Positions 25,210 to 37,392 of a stretch of DNA of 64,000 nt are shown here, piece after piece. Every line of letters starts with the position of its first letter. The stretch's first letter is position 1. The notes beneath the pieces are model-generated. The model was given only the letters and a program-made list of their open reading frames with translations. It was not told the origin of the DNA and did not search any database. Origin of the DNA: Camelus dromedarius (taxonomy: Eukaryota); assembly GCF_036321535.1 (NCBI RefSeq), contig NC_087436.1, positions 118,050,001 to 118,114,000 of the forward strand, given 5' to 3'. Position numbers and translations under genes: made by a program.

Positions 25210-26092
25210 TGTGTCAAAAATTGAAACTTCCTCCCTCAACAGCCCTCACCTACAGATCATGGGTACTCTATTCTTCCAGATGCTCAAGTCAAAATTTGGT
25301 GTCATCCTTGACATTTCTATTTCTTTTCCCCATCTCATCCCTCACTTGGGTGCAACAAACCCTCCTGCACCCGTCCCCCTGCTCCTACCTGGCCCAGGCA
25401 TCTTCTCCAAATCATTGCAGCAGCCTCAGACTGTTTGCCCTACAGCCAGGTCTCAGCAGGGCGGCCAGGGTCAGCCCATTAAACTGTGACTCAGGTAACT
25501 TATCTCTGTGGCTCCCCACTGTGGTCAGTGAAAAAGTCAGAGGCTCAGATTCTCTAAGGCCTTTCCTGATCAGACCCCCTGTTACCTCTCAGACACCATC
25601 TTCTACTTTCCTATCACTCTCCTGCTGGCCCTTGAGTATCCCAGGTTCATGCCTGCCTCAGGACCATGGCACTAACTCTCTGCTCCTGCCACATTTACCT
25701 TCTTGCTATTTCTTGAGCTGCTGTGTGTTCACTCCACATGACCTCAGGACTTTTGTACTTGCTGCTTCCACTCCCTCAAATGCTCTCTCCCCAGATAGCT
25801 GCATGACCGGCTTTCTAGCTTCCTTTAGGTCTTTTCTGAAATGTCTTTTATCAGTGAGGCTTTCTCTGCTTTTTTTCTTTAAACTTTCCATCCCTTTTGA
25901 CATTTCATATTGTGCTTACCACCATCTAGCTACTATATGGTTTACTTATTTATCTTAACTGTTGTTTGCATCTTCATTGAAATTAAACTACAGCAAGGCA
26001 GGGATTTCTGTTTTTCTGACTCACCCCTTTACTCCCAGCCTCAGTGCCTGCTGGGAAGGTAAGTAGCAGCCTTAATACGTGAATGAATGAAT
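25210..26092 (+). mobile_element. L2 relic
   Basis: ggtgtcatccttgac, ctcaggacttttgtacttgctg and aaggcagggattt, ending gaatgaatgaat. Confidence 0.75.
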
Positions 26093-28162
26093 ACATGTGT
26101 GTTGTCTGCCCTGATCTTTTGGCATTTATTTGTTTGGAATCCCTATTAATTTTTTTCTTTCATAAAACTAATACAGGAATTTAAAAAAATGGAAAGAGTT
26201 CAAAAATCACTGCTGTAGTCCTGACTTTAAGTGGAAACCAATGTTAAGTTTTACTTTATTTCCTGGGGTGATTTTTTTCTTCTCTGCATAAGTACTTTTT
26301 AAATGTATTCATTATACAGTGCAATTTTGCATTCAACCTTTCCACTACTTATTCTGATTTGTTTGTATTTTTCATGTAATGATAACAATTTTTACATAAA
26401 ATTTGTAGTGATTTCAAAATATTACATGAAATGAACTTACTTTATTTTCCTTTGTTTCTATTATATTCATTTTATCTCTTATTATAAATAATACTGTGAG
26501 GAACATCCTAGCTAGTGCATGTTCCTTTCTCTGCCTTTCAGATCATTTTCTTGGACTGGATTTTCCAAAGTCAAAACAATGTATGAATAGTTTTAAGGCT
26601 CTAACATTTTGTCAACTGAGATGGCTAAAATTCAGCTTCAATTAATATTTCCCTTTCAAAGTATATTTGGAAATCTGTATTCTGTTGGCTTCAAATGCTT
26701 TTTGAGGTGTTTTCATTTCTGCTTGTGGAGTTTGTCACAGAGGTGCCACTTGGTCCTGTGGCAGGTAACAGGCTCTGGGCTGAGATGTGTTTTCAGCTCT
26801 GGTTGCTGAAAGACGTAGGGTAAGTTACTCAACTTTTGAGCCTCATTTTCTGCCTTAGTCAATTGCATATAATTGTATGTGCTTTGTGCTGGGCTTAACT
26901 GAGATGAAGTACGTATAGCCTTTGCCCAGACACTGACACACAGCTCATGATCAGTGAGTGGACATGGGCATCACTACTATTTGAAGCAATAAAGGACTAG
27001 AATTATCCCCAAGTCTACTACATACAGATATAATCATTAGAACAATGTTTATTCATCAAGTATTTAAATAGCAAAAGGATGGATAGCGTCTATTCTGGTT
27101 CCTTAGCTCTAGAACACTCCTCACCTGTCACCTGATTTGTTGAACTTTTGCATGCCTATTTCTCTCTACAAGACTGTGCTTTCCAGTAATAGCTGCCCCT
27201 TCAACTCTGTTTTTAAATCCTTGCGGTTATATTGGATGTTTCATATTTTAGTTACAATTTTCTTTGCTGAATTTGTGGATTCATTTCCACAAATCTCTCA
27301 CTGTGTTGTATTTATCCTTTCTTCACTTCACTGTGGCTGGAGACTGTAGCCTGTCAGTTGACACTGCTGTATGTTTATTTCACTGTGTACCTTCTGTCTG
27401 GATCAACCTCTGTATAAAAGATGGACACTAGCATTTTGTGTATCTTCCAGAGCTGTTTTTTCACAGCATTATTTAAAATAGTGAAAGATGGGTAACAAAC
27501 TAAATAGTTGACATGAGTGGAAAGAGTCAGTAAGTTATGCTACTTCCCTGGAATGGAATATTTTGAAGGCATGCAAAAAAAAAAGATGTTTATGAAAACT
27601 TGCAATGGTATGAAAAAATAATTGCAGTAATAAAAATTTATGGCAAGATTCCAAGGATGAAAAGAAAATAAGATACTCAAAATGCCAGAAAGAGCTATGA
27701 AGACAGAAATTACTTCTGAGTGGAAGGAATTAAGGTTTTTATTTTCTGTTCCTTTACATATTTCTATTTTCTTTACAAATTTTCCTATGCTGAGAACAAA
27801 TTACCTTCTTCATTGGAAAAAATAACTTGTGCAAAAAACTGAAGAAAACAAATCTTTAAGGTGGACTCAGTTCACATAGTTCTTTTACAATGTTATAAAA
27901 ATAACATTATATTGTTAAACCCTGCTTCAGGGTAGAATTTTTTGGTTTTGGTTTTGTTAAGTTAACTTTTAATGCCTACCCTCAAGAAGACACTAAAATT
28001 CAGAAGCTTCTGTGTATTGGTAATCTATAGGCTGGAGGACTCCACGTTCCATCTTCAATCAATATTTAATGTTTGTAGCAAGGGTTTGTGGCATGATTTA
28101 TGACAGCAGAAGTGTCGAGAAAAGCACAGATCAGTCTCTCAGTTATGGAGTGTGCTTTAGCT

Positions 28163-28910
28163 CAGCATTTTCCAGAATGTATTCTGAGGCACATTAGTTC
28201 TCCAAGTTTCTCTGAACAAATGTTTCTGTGGCCAAATTAAGTTAGGGAAATCCTGCAGTATGGTGTACTGACTTAGGGCAAAGGCTGGAAATTGCTTTGA
28301 TTGAATTCCCAACTCTGGCAATTACAATTATCAACTTTCTATGCCTCAGTTTCCTTGCCTATGAATTGAGAATAATATTATATGATGGCATGAATCAAAT
28401 GAGATAATAAATAGAAGTATCAAGCACTGTTCCTGGCCTGCAAGTTACCTGCAACTATTTTGTTTTATATTGTATTTCTCTCTTGAAGTTGTGCAGCATC
28501 TTTAGGAGAACATATTGTGCATTTGGAAAAATCCTATTGTTTCCATGTCCAAGTTCATACTGCTTGCTGCACAACTGGACAATTAATTGAGAATCCTCCT
28601 GCTTCCCCTTTCCCTTAACATAAAAGAAGCCTGAATTTTATTCTGAGTTAAGATGGTTCTTTGGGACACTAGTCCACCATCTTACCAGTTTGCTGGCTTT
28701 CCGGATAAAGTTGCTATTCCTTGCCCCAGCAGCTTGTCTCTTGAATTATTGGCCAGTCGTGCAGCTGGTAGTACAAGCTTGGACTTGGTAACACTATGGT
28801 AAGGAAATATGCTGAACTTTGACATGCATATCCCAAACTTATTTCGCCAAAGAATATAGCACCAGCTGTCTCCCCACGGAGAGTTTTGGAGAACACACAT
28901 TGGAAACATA
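28163..28910. mobile_element. MER103C-like hAT relic interrupted by a MIR (~28265-28445) and the inverted-LTR element
   Basis: cagcattttccagaatgtattc...gtggccaaattaagttagggaaat on the left; cccaaacttattt...gaacacacattggaaaca on the right. MIR core ctcagtttccttgcctatgaa. Confidence 0.55.
28538..28793. mobile_element. ERV1-LTR-derived 256-bp element with inverted U5-like ends
   Basis: The right part reads as an LTR TATA/R/U5 region (cataaaagaagcc, ataaagttgctattcc, ...cttggacttggtaaca). The left 55 bp is its reverse complement (41/55 identical). ctat on both sides (28534-28537 and 28794-28797). Confidence 0.7.
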
Positions 28911-28984
28911 GCTCAGAATAATTCTAAGGGAACAAATTGTAAAATTCAAATGCATACTCAGTCATGTTTAAAACAAACATCAAT

Positions 28985-31900
28985 GGGACATTAGTGAAAG
29001 TGGCAGAGTAAGGAACTTTGAAATACTGAAAAAACTGGCCAAAACTGTCAGGATGAACTTTTTGGAACTCTGGAAATTAATCAAAGGCTTGTAGAAACAC
29101 AAGGAGCACTTACTCAAGAAAGACAGCTTAATCTTAGTAAGAATAGCAAACTCTGTGATATTTTAATTTACCTTAAACCCATTTCCCACTTCCTACCTCA
29201 GCAATAACCTTGATATCAGCATCTTATGTTCCCAGTACAAGAGGGAACAGTCCAGACCTCATTCACAAAGAAGCATCATTATTTGACCTGTCTGTTGGCT
29301 CCCCAGAGGAAGAAAACTGGCTGGAAAGTCTCATCTTTATTTCACCTGACTTGGAACTTGCACAAGTTCTGGGTGTTGGGTGTTGGTAAAAATTATTTAC
29401 AGGAAAATGTTTTAGTCATTGCTGCATGGGGCAATTGATAACAGTTGGAGTGAATAATGGACTCACCAGAAATCTTGAGTGGGAAGGCTGGAGAATGAGA
29501 TGCTTTGGATAATAAGGGCTTTGAACAGTTTGTAAATATTCCTGGGAATCTAGAATACCGCATGCATTTCTAGTCATGAACATGCACAAGAAAGGGCCTG
29601 AGAAGGCCTTAAAGATCTCACCTTTGGCTGACCTTGAAGGTCTGTACCAGCAGGAAGTGAAGGCTAAGGCAGTGTTGTCAACTTCATGGCTGAATGTTAA
29701 AGAGTGTGTTCCCATGTACTCACAGAGCCCCCTGCAAAGATAGTGAGGGTTTTTCTGCCCAAGAGTGTAAGTAAATCTCCTTCTGATTGTTAGCCAACCA
29801 CTAAGCTAATGGGACTGGGATATTAGTGGACACACATGACAAAGAATACAGACTTTACAGAATTAATTTAGTAAACTCATGAGGCAAACCAACAGCTACA
29901 ACAAATAGCAACAGCAGCAAACCCTGAGAAGGGAGAAGAATCTGATTTCCAGAGTTGACACAATATAATATTCAGTATTCAGTTTTCAACCAAATACTGC
30001 AAGGATTACAAAGAAACAATAATGTATAGTTGCTACACGGTAAAGAAAAGCAATCAATACAAACTGTCCCTGAGGAAGCTGAGAGGTTGGACTTTCTGGG
30101 TAAAGACTTTAAATCAAGTATTTAAAATATGTTCAAAGAGCTATAGAAAGCCACACCTAAATAACCAAAGGGAAATATGAGAACCATGTCTCACCAAGTA
30201 GAATATTGATAAAGGGATAAAAATTATAAAAAGGAACCAAATACAAATTCTGGAGTTGAAAAGTATAATAACTAAAATGAGAAACTAACTAAAGAGGCTC
30301 AATGTCAGATTTAACTGGGTGGATTAAAAACAGTGAACTTGAAGACAGGTCAATTAAAATTACACAGTCTGAGGAAGAGAAAGAGAAAAGAATGAAGAAA
30401 AATGAACAAAGCCTCAGAGACCTGTGGGGTGTCATCAGGTGCATCAGCACATGCATGTAACGGGGGCCTCTGAACCAGAGGACAGAGGAAAATGGCAGGA
30501 AGAGTATTTGAAGATATGGCCAAAAACATACCAATTTTGATTTTAAAATGTTGCTCTATACCTACAAGAAGCTAAACAAATGCCAAATAGGGTAAACTCA
30601 AAGAAGGTCACACCTAGATTAATCCAACTGTCAAAGATGAAGAGAATCTTGAGAAAAGAAAAGGGAATCATCATAGGCAGGGAGGCCTCAGTTATCTTAA
30701 TGGCTGATTTCCCGTCAGAAAGAGGCCAGAGGCAGTGAGGTGACATATCCAGAGTGACTGAAAGAATACTCTCGACAAATATTCTGTATCCAGCAAAACT
30801 ATCCTAAAGAAATGGAAGAGAAATTGAGACATTCCCAGATAAGCAAAAATTGAGAGTTTGTTGCTAGCAGACGTACCCTGCAGGAAATGCTAAAGGGTGA
30901 AATGAAAGAACACTAGACGGTAACTCAAACCCACATGAAGAAATAAAGAACACCAGTAAAGGTAACTACACAGCTAAACACAGAGGACAGTATGAGTGCA
31001 TTTTTGTTTGTAACTCTTTTTTATTGTATCTGTAACATTATATTTAATGATGGAAGCCTGGATGTTTTCCTTCTAAGATTAGGAATAGAAAATGATGCCT
31101 GTTCTCACCGTTTCTATTCAGCTTTTTCTGGAGATTCTAGCCAGGACACTTAGGCAAGCAACAAATAAATAAATAAATGTAAAATAAATGAGTAAATAAG
31201 TAGAGATAAATGGCATCTGGATTGGAAAGGAAGAAGTAAAATTGTCTCTATTTGCAGATGACATGATCTCATATCCAGAAACCTCCAAAAAATCCACAAA
31301 AAAAGGCTCTTAGAGTTAATAGGAAGTTCAGCACAATTGTATGGTATAGATCCATAAGAAGTCAGTTTTACTTTTCTGCAGTAGCAATTGAACATCCTGA
31401 AAATGAAATTAAAACAGTTCCATCAAAAATACTAAAATACTTTGGAATAAAGTGTAAGACTTGTATACTGAAAACTGCGAAACATTGTTGAAAAAAATTA
31501 AAGGAAACATAAATAAATCAAAAGACATCCCATGTTCATAGATCTGAAGATTTAATACTGTTAAGATGGCAATAGTTTCCAAGTCAATATACAAGAGAAA
31601 TGCAACTCCTATAAAAAAAAATCCAACTGCCTCTTTGGCAGAAATGGAGAAACTGATCCTATCTCAACACAATAAAAGCTGTATATGACAAACCTACAGC
31701 CAGCATAGCACTCAACGGTGAACACCTCAAAGGCTTCCCACTAAAATCTGGGACAAGACAAGGCTGCCGACTATCACCACTCCTATTCAACATAGTCCCG
31801 GAAGTCCTAGCCACAGCAATCACATGAGAGAGAAATAAAAGGGATCCAAATTGGAAAAGAAGAGGTAAAAGTGTCACTATATGCCGACGACATGTTACTA

Positions 31901-33932
31901 TATATAGAAAACCCTAAAAGGTCCACACAAAAATTACTAGAGCTGATCGCAGAATTCAGCAAGGTAGCAGGTTACAAGATTAACGTTCAAAAATCAGTTG
32001 CATTTCTTTACACTAACGATGAATCAACAGAAAAAGAAAGTAAAGAAACAATCCCTTTTAAAATAGCACCCAAAGTAATAAAGTACCTAGGAATAAATCT
32101 AACCAAGGAGGTGAAAGAATTATACACAGAAAACTATAAACCATTGATGAAGGAAATTAAAGAAGACTTAAAAAATTGAAAGATATCCCATGCTCCTGGA
32201 TTGGAAAAATCAATATTGTTAAAATGGTCACACTGCCCAAGGCAATCTACAGATTTAATGCAATCCCTATCAAATTACCCAGGACGTATTTCACAGAGCT
32301 AGAAAAAATCATAATAAAATTGATATGGAACCACAAAAGACCTAGAATTGCCAAAGCATTACTGAAGGAAAAGAAAGAGGCTGGAGGAATAACTCTCCCA
32401 GACTTCAGACAATACTACAGAGCTACAGTGAACTGATCCTAAAATTTAGTGTAAGTGAAAGGGACTTGAAATAGCCAAAACAATCTTGAAAAAAGAAGAG
32501 TAAAGTTGCAAGAGTTACATTTTACCACTTTAAAATTTAGTACAGAGCTACAATAATCAAGGAAGTTTGGTACTGGCGTAGGAATTGATATATAGATCAA
32601 TGTAATAGAATTGAGAGTCCAGAAATAAACATCTATGACAAAGTCATTTTTGACAGAAGCGCTAATATCATTCAATGGGGAAAGAAAAGTTTTCAGTAAA
32701 TGGTGCTGGGACCACTGGATATGCATATGCAAAAGATTGTATTTGGACCCCTATCTCACAGCATATGCAAAAATGAACTCAAAATGAATCATAGACCTAA
32801 ATGTAAGAACTAAAATTTCAAACTCTAAGAACCACGTGTCAATCCTTGTGAAGCTGGATTAGGCAATGGTTTCTTATATATGATTCCAAAAGTACAAGCA
32901 AGCAAGGAAAAAATAAAGAAGTTGGACTTCCTCAGTATTTTTGGGCATCAAAGGACACTATCATGAGTGGGAGAAGGTATTTATAAATCATATATTTGAT
33001 AAGGATCTAGTATACAGAATATATAAAGAACTCTTACAACTCAAAATTAAAAAGATAACACAATTTAAAAATTGGGCAAAGGATTTGAATAGACATTTCT
33101 CCAAAAAAGATACACAAATGGGGAATAAATGGTGCTCAAGATCATTAATCATTTGGGAAATGTAGATCAAAACCACAATGAGATACAATTTTATACCTAC
33201 TAGGATGGGTATAATGATACTTTTTTTAAACAAATGGAAAATAATAAATGTTGACAAGAATGTGGAGAATTGGCAACTTCAGTTGCTGGTGGGAATGTTA
33301 AAATGTTGCAGGTGTGAGCAAAGACATCTTGATAATTCCTCAAAAACGTAAACATAGGGTTGCAGTGTGACCCAGCAGCTCTTCTCCTAGGTTTATACTG
33401 AAGAGAACTGTAAACACATGTTCCCGCAAAAATGTGTACACGAGTGCTCATAAAAGCTTTATTCATAATAGCCAAAAAGTGGAAACAACCTAAATGTTCA
33501 TCACCTGATGAATAGATAAACAAAATGTGGTCTGTCCACACAATGGAATATTACTTAGCCGTAAAATGAAAGGAGCACTGATGCACGCTAAAGCATGGAT
33601 GAACTTTGAAAATAGTACGCTAAAAGGACGAAATCAGTCACAAAAAGCCGCATTTTGTGTGCTTCCATTTATTTGAACTGTCCAGAATAAGCAAATCCAT
33701 CCAGACAGAAAGTAGGTGAGTGCTTGCCTAGAGGATGGGTAAAGGGGGGGCGAGTTGGGAGTGACTGCTAACAGGTACCGAGCTGCTCCTTGGGGTGATA
33801 GACGTTTCCTCGAATTGGGTAGAGGTGTGATTGCACACATTGTGATATACTCAAATCATGAATTAGACATCTTCAGTTGGTGAATTTATGTTATGTGAAC
33901 TATATTGCAATAAGAGTATTGTAAAAAATAAA
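28985..33932 (+). mobile_element. Long, old L1 (L1MB-like) with internal deletions: 5' region, ORF1 relic, ORF2 RT/C-terminal relic and 3' UTR
   Basis: ORF1-like text at ~30050-30900; tctatttgcagatgacatgatc (LFADDMI) at ~31246; 3' UTR gtgaatttatgttatgtgaactatattgcaataa. Many stops and frameshifts. Confidence 0.85.
31662..32430 (+). mobile_element. Young L1 ORF2 (reverse transcriptase) internal fragment inserted in the old L1
   Basis: Translates [74 protein letters not shown] with only a few lesions. Flanked by aactgatccta at 31651-31661 and 32431-32441. Confidence 0.88.
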
Positions 33933-33937
33933 GCAGG

Positions 33938-34395
33938 TTTGATAGTTAATTTTGTGTCAACTTGATGGATCATGGGATGCACAGATATCTGGGTAAATGT
34001 TTATTTCCAGGGGTGTCTGTGTTGGTGTTTCCAGAAGAGATTGACATTTGAATCAGTAGACAATAAAGCACACTGCCCTCTCCAGTGTGAGTGGACATCA
34101 TCCAGTCCACTGAGGAATAAATAAAATGATGGTGGGAGGGAGGGTTTGCCCTCTCTCTGCTTGACTACTGAAGTGGGACATCCATCATTTCCTGTCCCCG
34201 GGGCTCCAGGTTCTCAGGAATCTATGCCATTAACTCTCTTGCCTTCCAACTCCATGGTCCTCCTGGGTCTCCAGCTTACAGATAGCTGATTGTGAGACTT
34301 CCTAGTCTCCATCATTGCATGAACCCGTATCTTATAGTAAATTATACATAAAGATCCTGTGGGTTCTGTTTCTCTGGAGAACCCTGATGAATACA
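33938..34395 (+). mobile_element. MLT2 (ERVL) solo LTR
   Basis: gttaattttgtgtcaacttga ... gaagagattgacatttgaatcagtagac ... ggttctgtttctctggagaaccctgatgaataca. Confidence 0.85.
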
Positions 34396-35951
34396 GCCAG
34401 AACAAAGGAGAAAAATCAGCAAAAACCATATACTTAGTTCCACCCCAGCTTAGTTCAGAATCAATGGTGCGATCTTAGGTCAAGTCCTGCAATTAATTAG
34501 TTCATCCAGCCTGGATTTACAGCACACCCACTGGCTGCCAGCCCTGAGCTGAGTACCAGGAGTACAGAGAGCAATGAGGCTCAGGCTCTCCTTTGAGGTC
34601 ACAGTTCAGCAGGTGAGACATGTAAGGTGGGTCTCGTGGTCCTCAGGCAGGTGCTCCTATGGGCAGAGACTAGCTTTGCTTGGGAGAAAAGGGCTGTGAG
34701 AATGAGGGCTAGGGACATTTTCACTAGGAGGGGACAGTCTGAGAGCATATAAGTGATGGGGTCCAGGCAGAGGTGGCCAAGGACACTCTGGGAAGAGATC
34801 ATGCCGACCTCAGATGCCAGGCTGGGGTTTAGACAGTGAATTAATGCTAAGCTTAAGGAGACAGGGCTTTAAGAATATTACTAGCAATTATATTCTAAAA
34901 ATATAACAGGATTCATCCATTAAAACAATATGCATTGTTCCAGGTCCTGTACTTGGTTTGGGGAAAATGTTGGTGATTAAAAGAGACACCGTCACTGCTC
35001 ACGTGGCCCTTCAGTTGTGTGATTAAAAGTCTTCATGGCAGCATGATTTATAATAGAGAACGCATATAATAACAGTGAAATAATATAATTTCAGTAATCA
35101 ATCAATAGAATGGCTAAGTAATTAGGGGACATAATACGATGAAATGTTATTAATCATTCAAAGTAATGTTTGTCGGTGATTTTAATGGGAGATTTTTAAG
35201 ATTTAAGTGAAAAAGCTGGTTGCAAATATGAATTGAAAAAAATTACTGCTGGGAATTGAATTATATATTTCATGGGGAGGTGAAATTATAAGTGACTTTC
35301 ATTGCATTCTCTATTTTTCTACACTTTCCAAGGAGGGAAATATTTTCTACAACGAGCATGTGCCTTCACGCAGTAAAAAATTGTTTAATATGCCTTTAGA
35401 ATATTCCTAAAAGAGCCAAACATTTGGGCCTACACTAAAGCATCTTTTTAGAATTTTCAGACAGCTGGCGTGAGGCATAACAAGAGAACTGTCTTAGCAC
35501 TTTAGCATTTTGGGACTTTCCCATTGAAAATAATAATGATAAAACATCCGCTCCTTTCTCAGCATGGTTAGCTGCTTGTGGTGCTGGGGGAGCCAGCAGG
35601 GATCAGCGTTTCTGCACACCCGCTGCTGGGAGTGACCACGTAATCTGAGAAAATTATCTCCAGGTTTCCTTCGCTCCAGATGGCATTTTGACAACACAGA
35701 TAAAACATTCACGCAGTCACAGCACACATCCTGCTCAGTTAGCCTCCCCCGTCCTCACCCTGGATCTGATGGAGGGGCTGCTTTATTTTTAGATCTTCAG
35801 TTTGAGTTAGAGGAGTTCCTTTTATCAGGCTATGAGTCTTGGTGGTGTTTTATTGTTTGGTAGCTTTTAGAAACCTGGAGTCTTTGGCAACTGCCACATC
35901 TAGTTGAGGTTTACCTGAGATTATGGGAGCTGGGAGAGGGGAATACACCTA

Positions 35952-36208
35952 TTACTGGTGGAGGGGAGAGGGTGGGAAGGGATCAATTGGGAGTTTGAGA
36001 TTTGCAGATACTAACTACTATATATAAAATAGATAAACAACAGGTTTCTACTGTATAGCATGGGGAGCTATATTCAATAGCTTGTAGAAACCTATAATGA
36101 AAAATTATATGAAAAGGAATATTTGTATGTACATGTGTGACTGAAACGTGATGCTGTGCACCAGAAACTAAGACAACATTGTGAAATGACTATACTTCAG
36201 TTAAAAAA
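35952..36208 (+). mobile_element. Short L1 3' end
   Basis: gggagtttgagatttgcagatactaactactatatataaaatagataaacaa ... gactatacttcagttaaaaaa; same type as 391-1266. Confidence 0.88.
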
Positions 36209-36827
36209 TGCCTACCTCCTTTGAAGATGGGCGCTCTGCACTGCCACGTAAGGAGCCTCGATGATTGCCAGTGGGCAGCATTCTAGGAGCAAATATTAGC
36301 TCTCATAGCAACCAAGATTGACCTTCATGATGTTGGCCATTTGTAAAAGGGGAAAGGACTAACATCTACTGAGCTCCTGCTAAGTGCCAGCCGCATTCCA
36401 TGTGGAAGCTCATTCAGCCACCACGCTGACCCTAGGTGGTAAGTGTTTTTATTCCCGCTCTGGGGAAGATGAAATTGAAGATGAGAAAGTAGGGAAATCA
36501 CCCAGCTTGTAAGTGGCAAAGCTGAGATTGGAACCTCAGTCAATCCAGTTCTACCTTGTTTCTTCTTGTCCTGACTGCTCTGTGGAGATGACATCTCAGC
36601 CACATTGGCTCTCTTGCCCAGGGTACTTTTGTTGTGGGCGGGAAAGGGAACATCCAGACTGTTATTATACTAACTAGGGAAGCCTGCCTGATTGCTGCCT
36701 TAAGTGGTTGTGGTCCCACCTCCATCAGTGTTTGCTGAATGAACGAATGATAGACTTTGGATGCATATGCATTAAAAATGGTACAAATGCTGCTTTTTGT
36801 TATACTCCTGTGTGTGTATGTGTTTAA

Positions 36828-36947
36828 TTTTACTATTGTGAGAGCACTTAACATGAGTTCTACCTTCTTAACGAATTTTTAGTGTGCAGTGCCTTGCTTC
36901 TGACTCTGGGTGCAGTGTTGTACCACAGATCTCTGGGGCTTATTATT
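36828..36947 (-). mobile_element. L1MA9-like 3' tip
   Basis: gagagcacttaacatgagttctaccttcttaacgaatttt ... gttgtaccacagatctctggggcttatt; similar to 59535-59645. Confidence 0.65.
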
Positions 36948-36949
36948 GC

Positions 36950-37392
36950 TGCCACAGTTCATATCTATTCGTATTCTGGAGGTTAGAGGTCCAGAACAGG
37001 TTTCACCAGGCAACATCCAGCTGACAGCAGGGCTGCTTCCCTCCGGAGGCTCTAGGGGGGAAGCTGTTCCTTGTCTTTTTTGGCTTTTCTGGGTTGCCTG
37101 CCTTCCTTGGCTCGTGGCCTCATTCTGTTTCCAAAGCCACCAATGGCCAGTTGAGGCCCTCTCACACCACGTCCCTCTGACTCTGTCTTTACTGCTTCCC
37201 TCTTCTACAGTTAAGGACCCTTGTGATTGTACTGGGCCCACCTGGATAATCCAGGAAACTCTCCCCATCTGATGAGCAACCTCAGTTCTGTCCGCTACCT
37301 TCGTCCACTTTTGCCGTGTAATGTGATTCGCAGGATTCAGGGATTAGGATTTGGACCTTTATTTTAGGGGGTACATTATTCTGCCCACCATA
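36950..37392 (-). mobile_element. MaLR LTR (MLT1C/D-like)
   Basis: ttctggaggttagaggtcc, aggacccttgtgattgtactgggcccacctggataatccagga, ending attattctgcccacca. Confidence 0.8.

Noticed and set aside
25200..25958. 252-aa ORF, the longest in the track
   Set aside because: Non-ATG start, lies in a decayed L2, Ser/Leu/Pro-rich from pyrimidine bias, and no recognisable domain.
31871..32436. Active reverse transcriptase gene
   Set aside because: It is an L1 ORF2 fragment with a stop and frameshifts, lacking the endonuclease, C-terminus and promoter.
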